In this document: one piece after another, positions 1 to 12,800 of the stretch
How positions within the stretch are numbered: position 1 is the stretch's first letter
Layout: each line of letters opens with the position of its first letter
From: Prasinococcaceae sp. CCMP 1430
Taxonomy: Eukaryota > Plantae > Prasinodermophyta
NCBI GenBank assembly: GCA_013416795.1
Contig: RQSC01000003.1
Span: forward strand, 182,288 to 246,287
Length of the DNA: 64,000 bases
Reading direction: 5' to 3'
Translations under genes and position numbers: made by a program
The notes under the pieces: generated by a model
What the model was told of the DNA's origin: nothing
Database searches by the model: none
The model's input: the letters and a program-made list of their open reading frames with translations, nothing else

Positions 1-93
1 GGCGGCGCCGCGGCGGCGCTCCCGCGGTCGATCCTGCTGCGTGGCAGCGGGGAGGGGTGCGACTCGTCGCTCGTCGCGGCTGGGCTGCGCCGC

Positions 94-1899
94 ATGGCGG
101 CGGCGGGCGCGCCCGAGGCGGTGCGTGTGGCGGCGCACCTCGCGCTCTGCGCGGCGGCCGTGGAGGCGGGCACGCCGTGCCGGTGGGGCGCGTACGTGGC
201 GGCGCTGCCCCATCCGCCGCATGTGCCGCTCTGCTGGCCGCGTAGCACCGCAGCCGACGTGTTGCGCGAAGGCACGGCGGCGGGCGCGCGCCTCGCCGCC
301 ATGGAGGTGGCACTCGCCGAAGCCGCCGACAAGTGGCTGCCGTTGCTCGACGACGACGGCGAGGAGCAGGGAAGCGCGAAGCGAGCGCGCGCCGTCGGCA
401 GCGCCCGCGAGCATGCAGGCGAGGCGAATGCGGCAGGCGAGGATGCTTTCGCCGCGCTCGCTCCACTCGCGGCGAGCGCTGCGCCGCACCTGCGGTGGGC
501 GCTCGCGTGCGTGCTGAGCCGCGCCTTCTCCGTGCCAAACGCGGGGGAAGGCGGCAACCGCGAGCTGGCGTGCGTGCCCGTCCTGGATATGCTCGATCAC
601 GACGGCACCGTGGTGGTGGAGTACCGCCTCGGCGCGGGCGGCGCCTTCGAGCTCGTACTGCCCAAGGGGGCCGCGCCGGGTACGTTGCTCAAGCACAACT
701 ACGAAACCTATGGAGAGAGGAGAGACAATGCACAATGGCTTACGAACTATGGCTTCCGCGTGGAGGGCGGGCGGGACGCAGTCCGCCTCGCGCTCCGCGC
801 GCCAGGCGGCGCCGGCGGCGGCGCGGCTGCCGGCGCCCTGCTGCGCTCGGTCGGGCGATGCGCAGACGAGGCAGAGCTCGTCATCGACGGAAAGGGCGGC
901 GAGGTGCCTCGCTCGGCGCTCGCCGCGGTGGCAGCGGTCGTGAGCAGCGAGCTCAGGTACGGAATGCAGGCGCGCGTGCTCTTCCCGCCCTCTTCGAGCG
1001 GCGAGGGTGGCGAAGAGCGTCGGCTGGACGAAGATGAGGCCGAGGCTGTGGGTGCGCGGGCGCTCGTGGGCGCGCTCGAGCACCGAGCGGCTGCCGCCGA
1101 AGCGGGCGCGCGGGCGGCTGCCGTGGCCCCCGACGATGTCGCGTTCGATCCATGCCGCGAGGCGGCGCGACGTACGCTCGAGGCGCAGGCAGACGCCGCT
1201 CGCGCTGCAGCAACTTCGCTCAGTGGTATTGGCGCGGCGGCTGCCAATGCTGCGACACCGGCGTGGTGCTGCCTCTCGCTCGACATCGCCGCCCCGGAGC
1301 ACGCTGAGGACGACGCCGATGCGTTGCTGCGCGAGGCACTGCGTGCGAGCGCGTTGCTACCCGCGGCGGACGCCGAGCGTGGCGGAGGCGGACCCGCCGA
1401 CGGCGGCGAACATCATCTACCCTTGGGGCTGCCTGCTGCATGCATCAAACGCGTGCTCGCCTCGCTCGCCGTGCTGTACCTGCCCGCGGACGAGCTCCGC
1501 GAAGCAGGCGGAGAGAAGCTGGCGGCTGCTTCGCGCGCCTACGCTATTGCCCGCGCGGCCGAAGGGGAGGCACGGGGGGACGCCGCAGCTGCCTTTGATT
1601 CGCGGGCGGCCGGCGCCGCTGCAGATGTGACCGCCCGCGCCGACGCCGCTTTCGAAGCCGAGATTGCCGAGGCGCAAGCGTTCGCCATGAGACTCGAGGA
1701 GGCCGGCTGGCTGAGTGCGTGCTGCGGCCATCTCGCAGCCGTCGCGCAGGCCGAGCGTGAGGCCCTCGAAACGATGGCCACCGAAGCAACCGCGGGGGCG
1801 CACACGGAGGGAGAAAGCTCCGAGATGCTGCGCGCCAAGGTGCGGCTTGCAGATTCCCTCATCGAGGAGCTCATGGCCATGGGGGAGTGCGAGTCATGA
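94..1899 (+). CDS. SET-domain lysine methyltransferase (Rubisco LSMT/SETD3-like); 5' end may lie upstream of the window
   Basis: 601-aa ORF with WGAYVAALP, WALACVLSRAF, VPVLDMLDH and NYETYG..NAQWLTNYGF motifs typical of LSMT-class SET proteins. Confidence 0.75.
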   Translation: MAAAGAPEAVRVAAHLALCAAAVEAGTPCRWGAYVAALPHPPHVPLCWPRSTAADVLREGTAAGARLAAMEVALAEAADKWLPLLDDDGEEQGSAKRARAVGSAREHAGEANAAGEDAFAALAPLAASAAPHLRWALACVLSRAFSVPNAGEGGNRELACVPVLDMLDHDGTVVVEYRLGAGGAFELVLPKGAAPGTLLKHNYETYGERRDNAQWLTNYGFRVEGGRDAVRLALRAPGGAGGGAAAGALLRSVGRCADEAELVIDGKGGEVPRSALAAVAAVVSSELRYGMQARVLFPPSSSGEGGEERRLDEDEAEAVGARALVGALEHRAAAAEAGARAAAVAPDDVAFDPCREAARRTLEAQADAARAAATSLSGIGAAAANAATPAWCCLSLDIAAPEHAEDDADALLREALRASALLPAADAERGGGGPADGGEHHLPLGLPAACIKRVLASLAVLYLPADELREAGGEKLAAASRAYAIARAAEGEARGDAAAAFDSRAAGAAADVTARADAAFEAEIAEAQAFAMRLEEAGWLSACCGHLAAVAQAEREALETMATEATAGAHTEGESSEMLRAKVRLADSLIEELMAMGECES

Positions 1900-2072
1900 G
1901 GTCAGGGCGCCGTCCCTCGCAGCGCGCTCTCGGGGTGTCCGCACACGAGCGAGGCCCCGGCCTCAAAGCGGGGAGGAATGCGTTGAAGTACGGTGTTGAT
2001 GGCGGCGTATGTATATACAGTGTACATTATTGCACGCTTGCAGAGCGCGAGGTCAAGGTGCCCGGGTACCTA

Positions 2073-3287
2073 TCAACGCGCCGGCATCTGCGTGCCGTCG
2101 TACACGATGCCTCGTTTTCCTTGCAATTGCAGAATGATCTTCTCCTGCACATCGCACTGCGCCTCACGACGCGCGAGCTCGAGCAGCAGACGGTCGTGCA
2201 CGTCACCAGCGCCGGTGCCGTAGCCACGCACGTTGCCGGTGCCCCCACTCATGCCCTTCGCCCCCGGCATGCCCGGTGTGCTGGCGGCCTTGCGCCTCGC
2301 ATTCCCCAGCTCAGACTTGAGCGCAGCGATCAGTTCGTCGTCACGCTTAGTTTTTGCGGCGACCATTCCGAGTTTGCTTCGAAGGTCGCGCGCGTCAGCC
2401 TCGAGCGCGGAGCGACGCGCCACGGCGCCCTTGAGTTGCTTCTGACAGTCAGCGAGCTCGGCCTTGAGCGCGTCGATCTGGCCGAGCGCGCGTTCGTGCT
2501 CCCGACGCCGCTCCTCGCTCTTTTGCTCGATCACGCCGCGCTGGCGGTCGTGCGCGCGGCCTGACGTGCCGGGCGCGCCGAGCGTCGCGCGCCCGTCGGG
2601 CGCGGCGCCCACTCTGGCGCCCACCAGCACGCCTCCATGTTGCTGCGACGCTTTCAGCTGCTGTCTGAGGTCCCTCAGCTGGTCCTTGAGCAGGCTGATG
2701 GTCTGGGCGCGACCGCGCCACTCGCCGCCCCCACCGGCGGATGCGGCGCCACCGCCTCCCGCGGATGCCTCGAGCGCGCGCTGCAACTCTGCTTCAGAGC
2801 CCAGTTCACGCAGGGCGATGCGATGCAGTCTGTCGCGCTCCGCTTTGGAGCGGTCTGACTGCACGCGCAGGGATGATGCTCGCGACTCGGCGTCCTTGGC
2901 ACGCTCGCGCAGATCGGCGCATTGCTTCTGCAGCTTCGCCACTTCGTCCTTTTCGGCCGCGGGCGCCTGGCGTCCGGCCCCGCCGCCGCCGCCGCCGCTG
3001 GCCTTTGTGAGTTCGGCAATCCTCTCTTTCAGCTGCGCGGTCTCTTGCGTGGCGACGTCGGCGCGGCGCCGCTCGCGCTCATGCGCGAGCGCTGTCGCGC
3101 GGTTGCGCTTGGCGAGCTCCTGCACCTTTTGCGAAGCGGCTTCGCGCGCTGCCGGGTCACGCGAGGCCGCTGAGGCGAGCGGCCGCAGCGACTGCAGCTC
3201 GCGCTCTTTGGCACGCAGCAGCTCCACCAGCTGCGCGTTCTGCTCCTCCAGCTCGCGCGCAAGCTCCATCGCGTCGAACTTGGCCAT
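2073..3287 (-). CDS. CCDC13: Coiled-coil protein, CCDC13-like (centriolar satellite/ciliary)
   Basis: 404-aa coiled-coil ORF with QELAKRNR, RELG, WRGRAQTI and DDELIAAL segments recognised from the CCDC13 family. Confidence 0.72.
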   Translation of the reverse strand: MAKFDAMELARELEEQNAQLVELLRAKERELQSLRPLASAASRDPAAREAASQKVQELAKRNRATALAHERERRRADVATQETAQLKERIAELTKASGGGGGGAGRQAPAAEKDEVAKLQKQCADLRERAKDAESRASSLRVQSDRSKAERDRLHRIALRELGSEAELQRALEASAGGGGAASAGGGGEWRGRAQTISLLKDQLRDLRQQLKASQQHGGVLVGARVGAAPDGRATLGAPGTSGRAHDRQRGVIEQKSEERRREHERALGQIDALKAELADCQKQLKGAVARRSALEADARDLRSKLGMVAAKTKRDDELIAALKSELGNARRKAASTPGMPGAKGMSGGTGNVRGYGTGAGDVHDRLLLELARREAQCDVQEKIILQLQGKRGIVYDGTQMPAR

Positions 3288-3829
3288 GCCCGCCGGCGGT
3301 CAGAGCGCGCTCGCCCGTTCTGGCGCGGCGCCCTCCAGCAGGGCGTGCGCGGCTCTCCCGCGTGCGCCGCCGCGAACCGTGCGCGCCGCGGCGCAAAGCT
3401 GGGAAGCACGCGAGAGGGAATGTACGTGCGCGCGCGCGCGCGCGTATGCAACGATGCGCGGTGCTTCTCTCGCGCCCTCCCCCCCCTTCAGGCACCACCC
3501 CTTGCCCCCCTTGCCGCACGCCGTGTGGCAGCCACCCCCGGCGACGCGCGCGCGCGCTGACCGGCCGCCGCCGCGCACTCAACTACGCATTCGAAAAAGA
3601 GCAGCCATCAAAACGAAAGCGTCGTGGGCGATGCCCGCGGCCCTGCCCGTTCCCTATTGAGTCTCCCGTGTGTACTTACAAATGTAAAAGAAGGTTACAA
3701 TGCCATCGCAATCGCTGTGGGGTTTTGAATTGTGAAGCGGCGGAGGGGGAGGGAGGCGCGCGAGCGCGAGCGCGGCACAGGAGCGCCGCGAGGCGCTCCT
3801 GTGCGTTGCCCACCTCCCCCTCCCGCCTC

Positions 3830-3848
3830 CACACACACACACACACAC
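3830..3848. repeat. (CA)n microsatellite upstream of the dynein ATG
   Basis: cacacacacacacacacac directly visible. Confidence 0.9.
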
Positions 3849-3892
3849 CATTCCGTGCGCGGTGGCGCCCCGCAGGCGGTGCGTTGCCGCGC

Positions 3893-6800
3893 ATGGAGAC
3901 GCTCGCGGCCGCAGCCACGGTTGAGCCGCCCGCCGCGGCGGCCGACGCGGCGGAGCGGCAACGGCGCGAGGCTGCCGCGCCAGCCGCGGTCGTGCTCGCG
4001 CGCGTCCGCGCGGCGGTCGGAGCAGCACGATCCGCACGCGCGGCCATCGGCGACGTCGCCGCCGCCGCAGAGCGCGGGCTGGCATGCTTGCGACTGGCAG
4101 CGGAGGCCTCGTGGCCAGCTCGACCGCCACCCGACGGAGGCTTGGCCCAGTTTACAGTGGAGCCACTGCTCCTCGTGGCCGAGCTCGCCTGCGCGCTCAG
4201 CGGGGAGATTTGCGCCGCCGCGGCCGCCGCGCTACGGCGCTGCTGTGCCGACCTCCCCGGAGGCAGCCTCCTGGCGTGCGAGGATGCGGACGTGGCGTGC
4301 GACGTCTTCGCCGCGATGACAGAGCTGTTTGCCACGTGGGACGCAGGCGCCGCTAGGCTCGGAGCTGCCATCGGCGCGTGCGCGAGCGACCACGGGACTG
4401 CAGTAAGGCTCGAGGCGCTCGAGCGCACGGCTGCTGCGTTCTCTCTGCAGGCCCATCTGCGCGAGCGCGTGCGCGCCGCTCGCTCTCTGTGGGACGCACG
4501 CGGCGAGCTCGCGAAGATCGTGGATGCGCTCGACGCTGGCGGTGAAGGTCACGGCGCGACCGAGGCGTTCGCGGAGGAGAGGTCAGCCTATCGCACCCTC
4601 GTGTGCCGCGATGTGTTTGCAGCGGAGGCCCGTGAATGGGACGAGTGGCCGGCCAAGTGCGAGCCGTACCTAGCGGCGGCTGCTCGGGCGCGCGAGGAGG
4701 CGTGCAGCGCCTTGCAGGGCGCCATCGAAGCGGACGAAGCCTCTGCAGTGTCGCTGCTGCGCAGGATTGCGCCCCTGCCGCGATGGGCTGGCAGCGAGGC
4801 GACCGCTTCGGCCGTCGCAAAGCTTGCTCGGGGCGTCGCCAGGGACACGGCCGTGCTGGTCGAGCGAGTATCGCCAATTGAGGTCGCAGCCGAGGCAGAA
4901 TCGCTACCGCGCGCGCTGGAGCGCGCAGCCGAGCTGCGTACGTCGCTCGAGGCATCGCGTGCGTCGCTCGAGGCGCTCGTCCTGTCGATCGTCGAGTTCG
5001 ACCAGAACGCGCCAGCCGACCTGGACGAGGCCCGGACGCTGCTTGCGAGCGCGTGCGCACAGGCGGACTCGGCGCTCAGACGTGTGCACCCCAGGCAGCT
5101 TTCGAAGGCCTGGATATCCACGGTCAGGTTGGCCACGAGCGCCGGGGGGGCGCTAGACGTCGGCAGCCTCCCTGTTTTGCGCGTGCAGCAAGGGAACACA
5201 TCCTCGAACGTGCCAACGTGGTCTGCCGTTCACATCGGCCTGCCCCCTGAGGCAACCACCATGCTCGACTGCGTCTCCGCCGCGGTGCGGCACTCTGTAC
5301 GCCTGCCCTTTGCGGTGATCATGGCGAGCGCCGTCCTGGCGGCCGCGCGCGAGCCCGCCACGGCCATGAGGGCGGCGCTGACCAAGCTGCAGCAGGCCGC
5401 GCATGCAGCCGAGCGCCTGCCATCCGGTCTCGGGCCGACCGCGCGCGACGCGCTCGCCCGGGCTGAGCGAGCCATTGCGCGTGGTATTGACATGCGGTGG
5501 GATGATCCGCGCCTCCGCGACTTGTCTTCAGAGATTGCAGGGGCTACCGCAGACTTGGAGGCGTTCTCCCAGGGCGTGGAGACGACGCTTGCCCTCATGA
5601 AGCAAGCAGTAGCAGCTCTGCGATCATGCCCGCTGGCTGCAGACGACATGTGTAGGTGCATCGCCCACGCAAAGGCAGCCATCTCAGCCGCGCGAGCATC
5701 CGGCGCCGATGACGCCGCTGATGGGGCCGACGGAACGGTCCAAGGAATTCTTTCAGAGCGCGTGTTGGCAGCGCTCAAAGCCCCGTCCATCCCTCCTCCC
5801 CCACAGCTGGTCGAGCTGCAGGCCGATGCGCACACGTTGACAGCGACTTTGTCGCCATCCCTGGAAGCTGCTGAGGACGCCGCCGTGCTCGCAGTGGATG
5901 CGCTCGCCACGTCTGTGCTGCATGCGTGGCCCGCCCTTGAGGATGTGGCCGCAATCAAGGAGGCTCGAGACGGCGTGCGGAGGTCTGTCGCCAAAGACGC
6001 TGGCCAGGCGCGATCTCTCGTGATCGCGTTCGAAGACGCTTTGCACACTTTCCAGGAGGACGCCCTGGCGCGCGCGCGCATTGTGTTGGGCGAGAGCGCC
6101 ACTGAATGGGGCGCAGCAGTGGCCTCTGCCTGTGAGTCTCGACAAACACTTGCGCACATGGACGATGTGACTTCCTTCGGCTCGATAACCGTCAGCGCAG
6201 GGGATGCTCGCGGGCGCGCACTCGCCGCTGCGGACGCGCACGTACGCACGCTGAGCGATGTGCTCTCGGCGGAGCTGCAGAGCCAGAGCGCGAGCCTATC
6301 GGCGGAAGTCGAGACGGCGTTGGCGGCGCTCGAGGCTGCTTCGAATGTTGAGGAGGGCGCGTCTGCGGCCAAGGCGGCAGCCGCGCTGGTTTTGGCCGGA
6401 GCAAGCGCGCGCATGTCAGCGCAAGGCCTCACCGATCGCGCGGCCGGTCTCTCCGCTCGCCATCGTGCGCTCAAGGCCGCCGCGCCCGCAGACGCTGCTC
6501 TTGACGCCGAGGCTGACCAATCAGCGACTGCCGCCGCCGCCGCTGTGGCGCATCTCCTCGAGGTCGTGGCCGCGCACGACGAGCGCGTCGCCGGAATGCG
6601 CGGAGCTGCCGCTGAGGCGCTCGAGATGGAGCTCGAGGATTTCGCTGGCTCTATTGACGGCCTCACGGGCGACTGGTCGCAGGAGATCACGACCGCTGTA
6701 GGTGCCGTCTCGAGCACGCAGACTGCAGCCCCCTCGAGTGCTTCGGGCGCGGAGGCCAGGGCTTGTGACGTATCTGTGCGATGCGGGCTGCTTGTGAAGG

Positions 6801-9800
6801 AGTGCGACAAGTTGGACGAGCTGCGTGGGACCTTGAAGCTGGAGGGTAGCGTCGCATCTTCACAGTCCAAGCGCGCGGCGTTGGCCGATCTCATCGCAGA
6901 CGCAGATGCGTGCGCAAGCGGTTGGCGCGCCATTGACGCCGCATGGTCCGTCCCGATGGCTGGCCTCGAGCAGCAGTCGCTGCACACTGTCGAGATCATG
7001 CGCATCAAAGAGCAGCTCGAGGCGTGCGTTCAGGCCGTCCGCGCCGCGGTGGGTGGGATGCCACAGCCCGCTCGAGCCAGGCGCATCGGCGCCGCCCACG
7101 AAGCGGTCGCGCGAAGGCGTCTGGAGTCTGCACCGCTCCTGCGGGAGCTCATGGACGCCGAGCTCGCCGATAGGCACTGGGTCCCCATCGTGCGAGCGAT
7201 GTCCCTCGATCGCAACGATGCACACTCCTACACATTGCGCGAACTGTGGGACGGCGAAATGCTCGTTCACGAGAGCACAATCAGGGAGGAGGTCGCACGA
7301 GCGGGCGGTGAGCGCTCGCTGGAGACGTTTCTGTCGAGCCTCGAGGAGTCCTGGGAGGGGCGCAACGTGTCGGTCAAGGAGCACCAGCTCCTTCGCGATG
7401 GGAGCGAGTCGCCGGCGCTCATCAGACAGTGGGACGTGCTGTTTTCGTGGGTGGATGACGACCTGACGAGCCTCGCCACCCTGCGTGCATCCCCGTATTA
7501 CTCGTACTGCGAGGCCCGCAGCGAAGAGTGGGCGCAGCGTCTGTCGAGCCTGCGCTCGTTGCTGCTCTCGTGGCGCGGGGCGCAGAGGCGCTACCTGGCG
7601 CTTTCGAACGCCATCGAGGCGTGCCCTGACATCGTCGACGAGTTGCCCGACGAGGCGTCTCGCTTCGACGCGGCCGTCAGCGAGTACTGCAGCGTCGCTC
7701 GAGTGCCGCCGAACTCGAGGGTGCTCTCGCTTCTCGATGTCGGCAACGGCGACGTCCTGGAGCGCGTCGAGTCAGAGATGGCGATCGTCGAGAAGGCGCT
7801 GCACGCGCTCCTTGAATCGAGGCGTGACGCATTTCCCCGCCTCTACTTCGTCGGCAACGACGATCTGCTTGCACTGCTTGCGGCCGGGCGACGGCCTGAA
7901 TCTGCCAGCCATCTGCTGCTCAATCTGTTCCCAGGCGTTGCCGGCATCGACGTCCGCGAGCAACACACGATTACTCGCCTGCGCTCCCCTGAGCACGAAA
8001 GCCTCGACCTTCTCTCCCCCATCGACGTGCGGAAGTACGCGGGGACGCAGGCGTGGCTGGCCGCGATCGAAGGGGAGATGCGCCGAGCGCTGGGGGGCGC
8101 CATTTCCTCCGCGCTGGCGACGCTCGAGGCCGACGAAGACGACGCGCGACTCGTGAATGCGCTCTCCGCATTCCCCTCGCAGGCTGTCAACATCTCCATG
8201 CAAATGCAGTGGACTTCGAGAGTGGAGGCGGCGCTCTCCGCAGGCGTGGCCGGACCTCGAGAGGGGCTTGAGCAGGAGCTCAGCCGCGTCAACGCTGCGG
8301 TCAAGACTGTAGCCTCCAAGTTCGGCGCTTTGGAGCAATCTCCCACCCTCCTACAGCGTCGCAAGTCGGAGATGCTGATGATCGAACTTCTCCACGAGCG
8401 CGACAGCATCGCTGCGCTTCTCAGGGCGGAGTGCGCATCGCCTTTGGCCTTCGAGTGGCAGGCGCTCGTGCGGATGCACTGCGGCGATGGTGGCGATGCG
8501 GAGGCGCGTGCCCCCACCGTGTCTGTCGCAGGGGCCTCCTTCACGTCGGGCTTGGAGTGGTACGGCGCGATCGAGAGGGTGGTGCGCACGCCCTTGACCG
8601 ATCGCTGCTACCTCACCCTGGCGCAGGCCCTCTCTCTGAGGCTCGGCGCCGCACCTTTCGGCCCGGCGGGAACTGGCAAGACGGAGACGGTGCGCGCTCT
8701 GGCCGTGGCGCTTGGCCGGCCGTGTGTCGTGCTCAACGCGGACACGTCGTTTGATGCGCTGGCGATGTCACGCATCCTCGGGGGCATCGTGCAGTCCGGT
8801 TCCTGGATGTGTGTCGACGAGATCAATCGCCTCGTGCCCGCGGTGCTGTCCGCGGTGAGCGAGCAGATTGCGGCAATTCAGCTCGCGCTGCGCCAGGGCG
8901 CGCAGAAGATGAGCTTCCTTGGAAAGTCGATGCCTGTCGATCAGGGCGCCGGCCTTTTCGTGACCCTCAACCCCGCAGGGAAGGGATACGGCGCTCGGAC
9001 CGAGCTCCCCGACTCGCTCAAGGGCCTCTTCAGACCGATGGCCATGGCGAAACCTGACTCGACCAACATTGCCACGGTGCTGCTCTTCTCGACCGGATTC
9101 TCATCCGCGGCGTCCCTCGCGCAGAAAGCTGTGCTCCTGTTCGACATGTGCAAGCGCGGCCTGTCCAAGAAGGACGGCACGAGCGCGCACTACGACTTCA
9201 GTTTGCGCGCCCTCAAGGCCACGGTGAGGTCGGCGGGCGCGATGCTCGAAGGGCGGGCGGACCATGCCTCGTCGAAGGACACGCCCGATCGGGCGCGGTT
9301 GGAGGCGAAGGTCTTCGTCACCAGCGTTCGCGAGACCGTGGTTCCGAAGCTCCTCGCCGAGGATGTGTCCCCTATGGAGGCACTGCTCGAGAAGACGTTC
9401 GCCGAGGCCGCGCGCGGTGTCAAGTCGGAGACTTCGGCACTCATCGAGGCAGTCACTGCGGTGTGTGACGAGCGCGGGCTGCAGCCTCGCCCGCCGTTCA
9501 TCGAGAAGGTGCGCCAGCTTTACAACATCATGCAGCGGCACGTCGGCGTCATGCTGGTCGGCGAGGCCGGCCATGGCAAGACTGTCACGTGGCAGACGCT
9601 GGTGGCGGCATTGGAGGCGTGCGGAGAAGGGCGCACTGAAGTTGAGGTGCTTGACCCGAAGGCGCTCGAAAAATCCGAGCTCTTTGGCGCCTGGGACGAG
9701 AGCACGCGCGAGTTCCGGGATGGCGTTCTCGCCGCCCTCATCCGCAACGTGGCCGACGTGGAAACTTTGCGTGCGGGCGATCCCGAGGCTGAACTCAACC

Positions 9801-12800
9801 CTCCTTCTCGCTGCCTCATCGTTTTGGATGGCGACGTATCACCAGACTGGATTGAGAGCCTGAACAGGTGCGCCGCTGGCTGGCACGCTCGGCGCGGCCC
9901 GCGCCCGCCCCTCGGCGCTTGACTCGCGTGTGCCGCGGCCCTCCCATGCGCCTCCGCCGCCGCCAACCACGAACTGACACCCAACGGCATGGTGCGCGTC
10001 TGCGCCTCAGCGTGCTTGATGACAACCGTTGCTTGAGTTTGCCCACCGGCGAGCGTCTCAGAATTCACCGGAAGCTCACGATCGTCTTCGAGTGCAGAAA
10101 CTTGGCGCACGCGAGCGCAGCGTCTGTGAGTCGGTGCGGCGTGGTGTGGCTTGGCGGGGAGAGCGCTCCCCTGAGCGCGCTCTTGTCCCACGCTCGCTGG
10201 CGCATCGACAGAGCAATGCGCGATGGTGCGAATCGGGATGCGCGCGCCCCCGCCGCTCCCGACCTCGTGAGAGAGGAGGTGTGCGCAGCATTTGGCGCGG
10301 GTGGATGCGTGGAGACGGCCGTGCGGCTCGCTGTCGAGACATCGGAGCATATCATGCCGTTCTCTGCATCCAAGGCAGTGCACGCAGCCAGAGCGCTCGC
10401 GGAGGGCGTCGCGGCCGAGGCGCGCGAGGCGTACCGCGAGGCTCTAAGTGATGACGCATTCAGGGCCGTGCTGCGGTGCCGGCTGTTACTGGCATCGTTT
10501 TGGGCGGCCGCTGCGGGCCTGCCGGAGCGTGCGCGCGTCGGCATGAGCAAGGACCTCGTGCGCGCGGACTGCGCGAGGGGCATTCCTGCCCTCCCCGCAG
10601 GCGCGAGTCTGGCTGACGTGCACGTCTCGCTCGACGGCGAGAACGCCGGAAGCTGGTGCTCGTGGGCACAGTTGGCGCCGGAGCCCACGCTCGCGCCCGA
10701 GGATGCCGGGTCGCCCGACTGCGTGGTTCCGACCAGCGACACCGTCCGCCACGAGTGGCTCGTCGACTCGTGGCTGTCGCGCGTGCCGCTGACCATACTC
10801 TGTGGACCACCTGGCACGGGCAAGACCATGACGCTCACCGCAGCGCTCAGCCGCAGAACGAACGTGCGTCTCGTCACCCTGCCGTGCAGCTCGGCCACAT
10901 CCGCCCCGGCGATCCTGGGAGCGCTGCGGGAGGTCTGCGAGGAGACGAGCCATGGCAGCGGCCAGTGTACGCTCCAGCCGCGCGGCGACGCGGGCGGCGG
11001 CGGCGCACGTGGCGTTGCGCGGATCGTGCTTTTCCTCGACGAGGTGAACTTGTGCAAGACGGACACCTACGGCACGCAATCAGCGGTCGAAATGCTGCGG
11101 CAGCTCGCTACGCGCGGTGGCTTCTGGGAGGTGCGACCGCGAGAGCCGTCGCTCATGCGCGCGCCGCATGCGCGCGTGCCACCAGCTCGCGCACCTGCGT
11201 CGCCCGACCACCCTTGCCGTTGGGTCGGCGAGGTCTGCCGGCGCGCGGTGCTGACGCCGCGCGTGCTCGGTCCCGCGCGCATCCAGATTGGCGCGGCGCG
11301 CCCTCCGTCCAGCGGAGGGTCGCAGGCCGCTGCACCCAAGGCGCGATTCGTGCGGATTCGGGGGGTGTCGTTCGTGTGCGCGTGCAACCCTGCGACGGAC
11401 GCCGGCCGCACCGAGCTGAACCCACGGCTGCTCGCGTCGGCGCCAGTGGTGTACGTTGGGGCACCGACGAAGCCCGCGCTGCGGTGTATCTATGGCGCCT
11501 TTGCGGAGGCCGCACTACGCCCTGCGCCGGAGCTGGCTCAACTGGCGCCAGCGCTGGCGGCGGCATGCCTCGACGCCTACCACGGCATCGCAGCGGAGTT
11601 CTGCGGCGATGCGGCGCGGGCCAAGCAGGCGCACTACGTGACCTCGCCCCGTGAGCTCTCGCGCTGGATCCGTGGCGTTCGGGGTGCCGTCACGCGCTCG
11701 GAAGGCCCGCCCGATGGGCAGGGCATGGTGCGCGCGTGGCTGCACGCAGCGACGGCGATGTTTCGCAGCAGGCTCGTCTCGAGCGAGGAGCGCGGCCGCT
11801 GTGACCGCATCCTCGACGAGGCGGCCAGGAGGCACTTCGGCGCGCTCGCGACGCCGTCCGCCCTCCAGCGCCCGATCGTGATGCCCGAGGACGTTGAGGC
11901 GCGGGGCGCGGACGCGCTGTCTCGCCCACCGACTGCCCAAGATGTGCTGGAGCACTTCGACGCGCGGGCGGCGTCCTTCGCCGCGGCCGAGGGCATGGAC
12001 AGGCCCGTGGTCATGTTCGAGGCTGCCATCGATGCCCTGCTGAACATGTGCTCGACGCTTCGCACGCCGCTCGGCCACCTCATGCTGCTCGGCCCCCCTG
12101 GCAGCGGCCGTGCCCTGCTCTCAAGGCTGGCAGCGCACGTGTGCGGGCTGCGCCTCGTGCGGATCAACGCGCACCGCCGGTACACGGCCGCCAACTTTGA
12201 GGAGGACCTGCGCGACATGCTGCTGGAGGCGGGTGGCAAGGGGACTCCGACGCTCTTCTTGTTCGACGAGGCCAACGCGCTCGACTCGAGCTTCCTGGAG
12301 CGGCTGAACGCGCTGCTCACGAGCGGCGAGGTGCCCGGGCTGTTTTCCCCCGGCGAGGAGATGGCCGCGCTGGTGGCGACCACGCGCCAGGCGATGCAAC
12401 TCGAGGGCGCGCAGCCCGTGCCCGAGGACGACGCAGGGGTGTACCGGGCGTTCGTCGAGCGTGCGCGCACCGCGCTGCACGTCGTCTTCACAATGAACCC
12501 TGCAGATGGCGAGGGCTTCAAGGCTCGCGCCGCGGCGTCGCCGGCGCTCATCTCGCGCTGCGTCGTGCAGTGGTTCGGCGACTGGCCGCCCTCGGCGCTG
12601 CTGCAGGTCGCTCGCGCGATGGTCGACAAGACCGACCTGAGCGCTCTGACCAAGGCGTCTGCGATCGGCAGGACGCACGACTCCATCTGCGACGCGCTCG
12701 TGCGCGCCCACGCCGCCGCCAAGGACGCCGCCCTGGGGTCGCAGGCCGGATCCCTGTCAGCGCTCGCGGCGGTGACGCCGCGCGCGTTCGTCGAGCTCTG

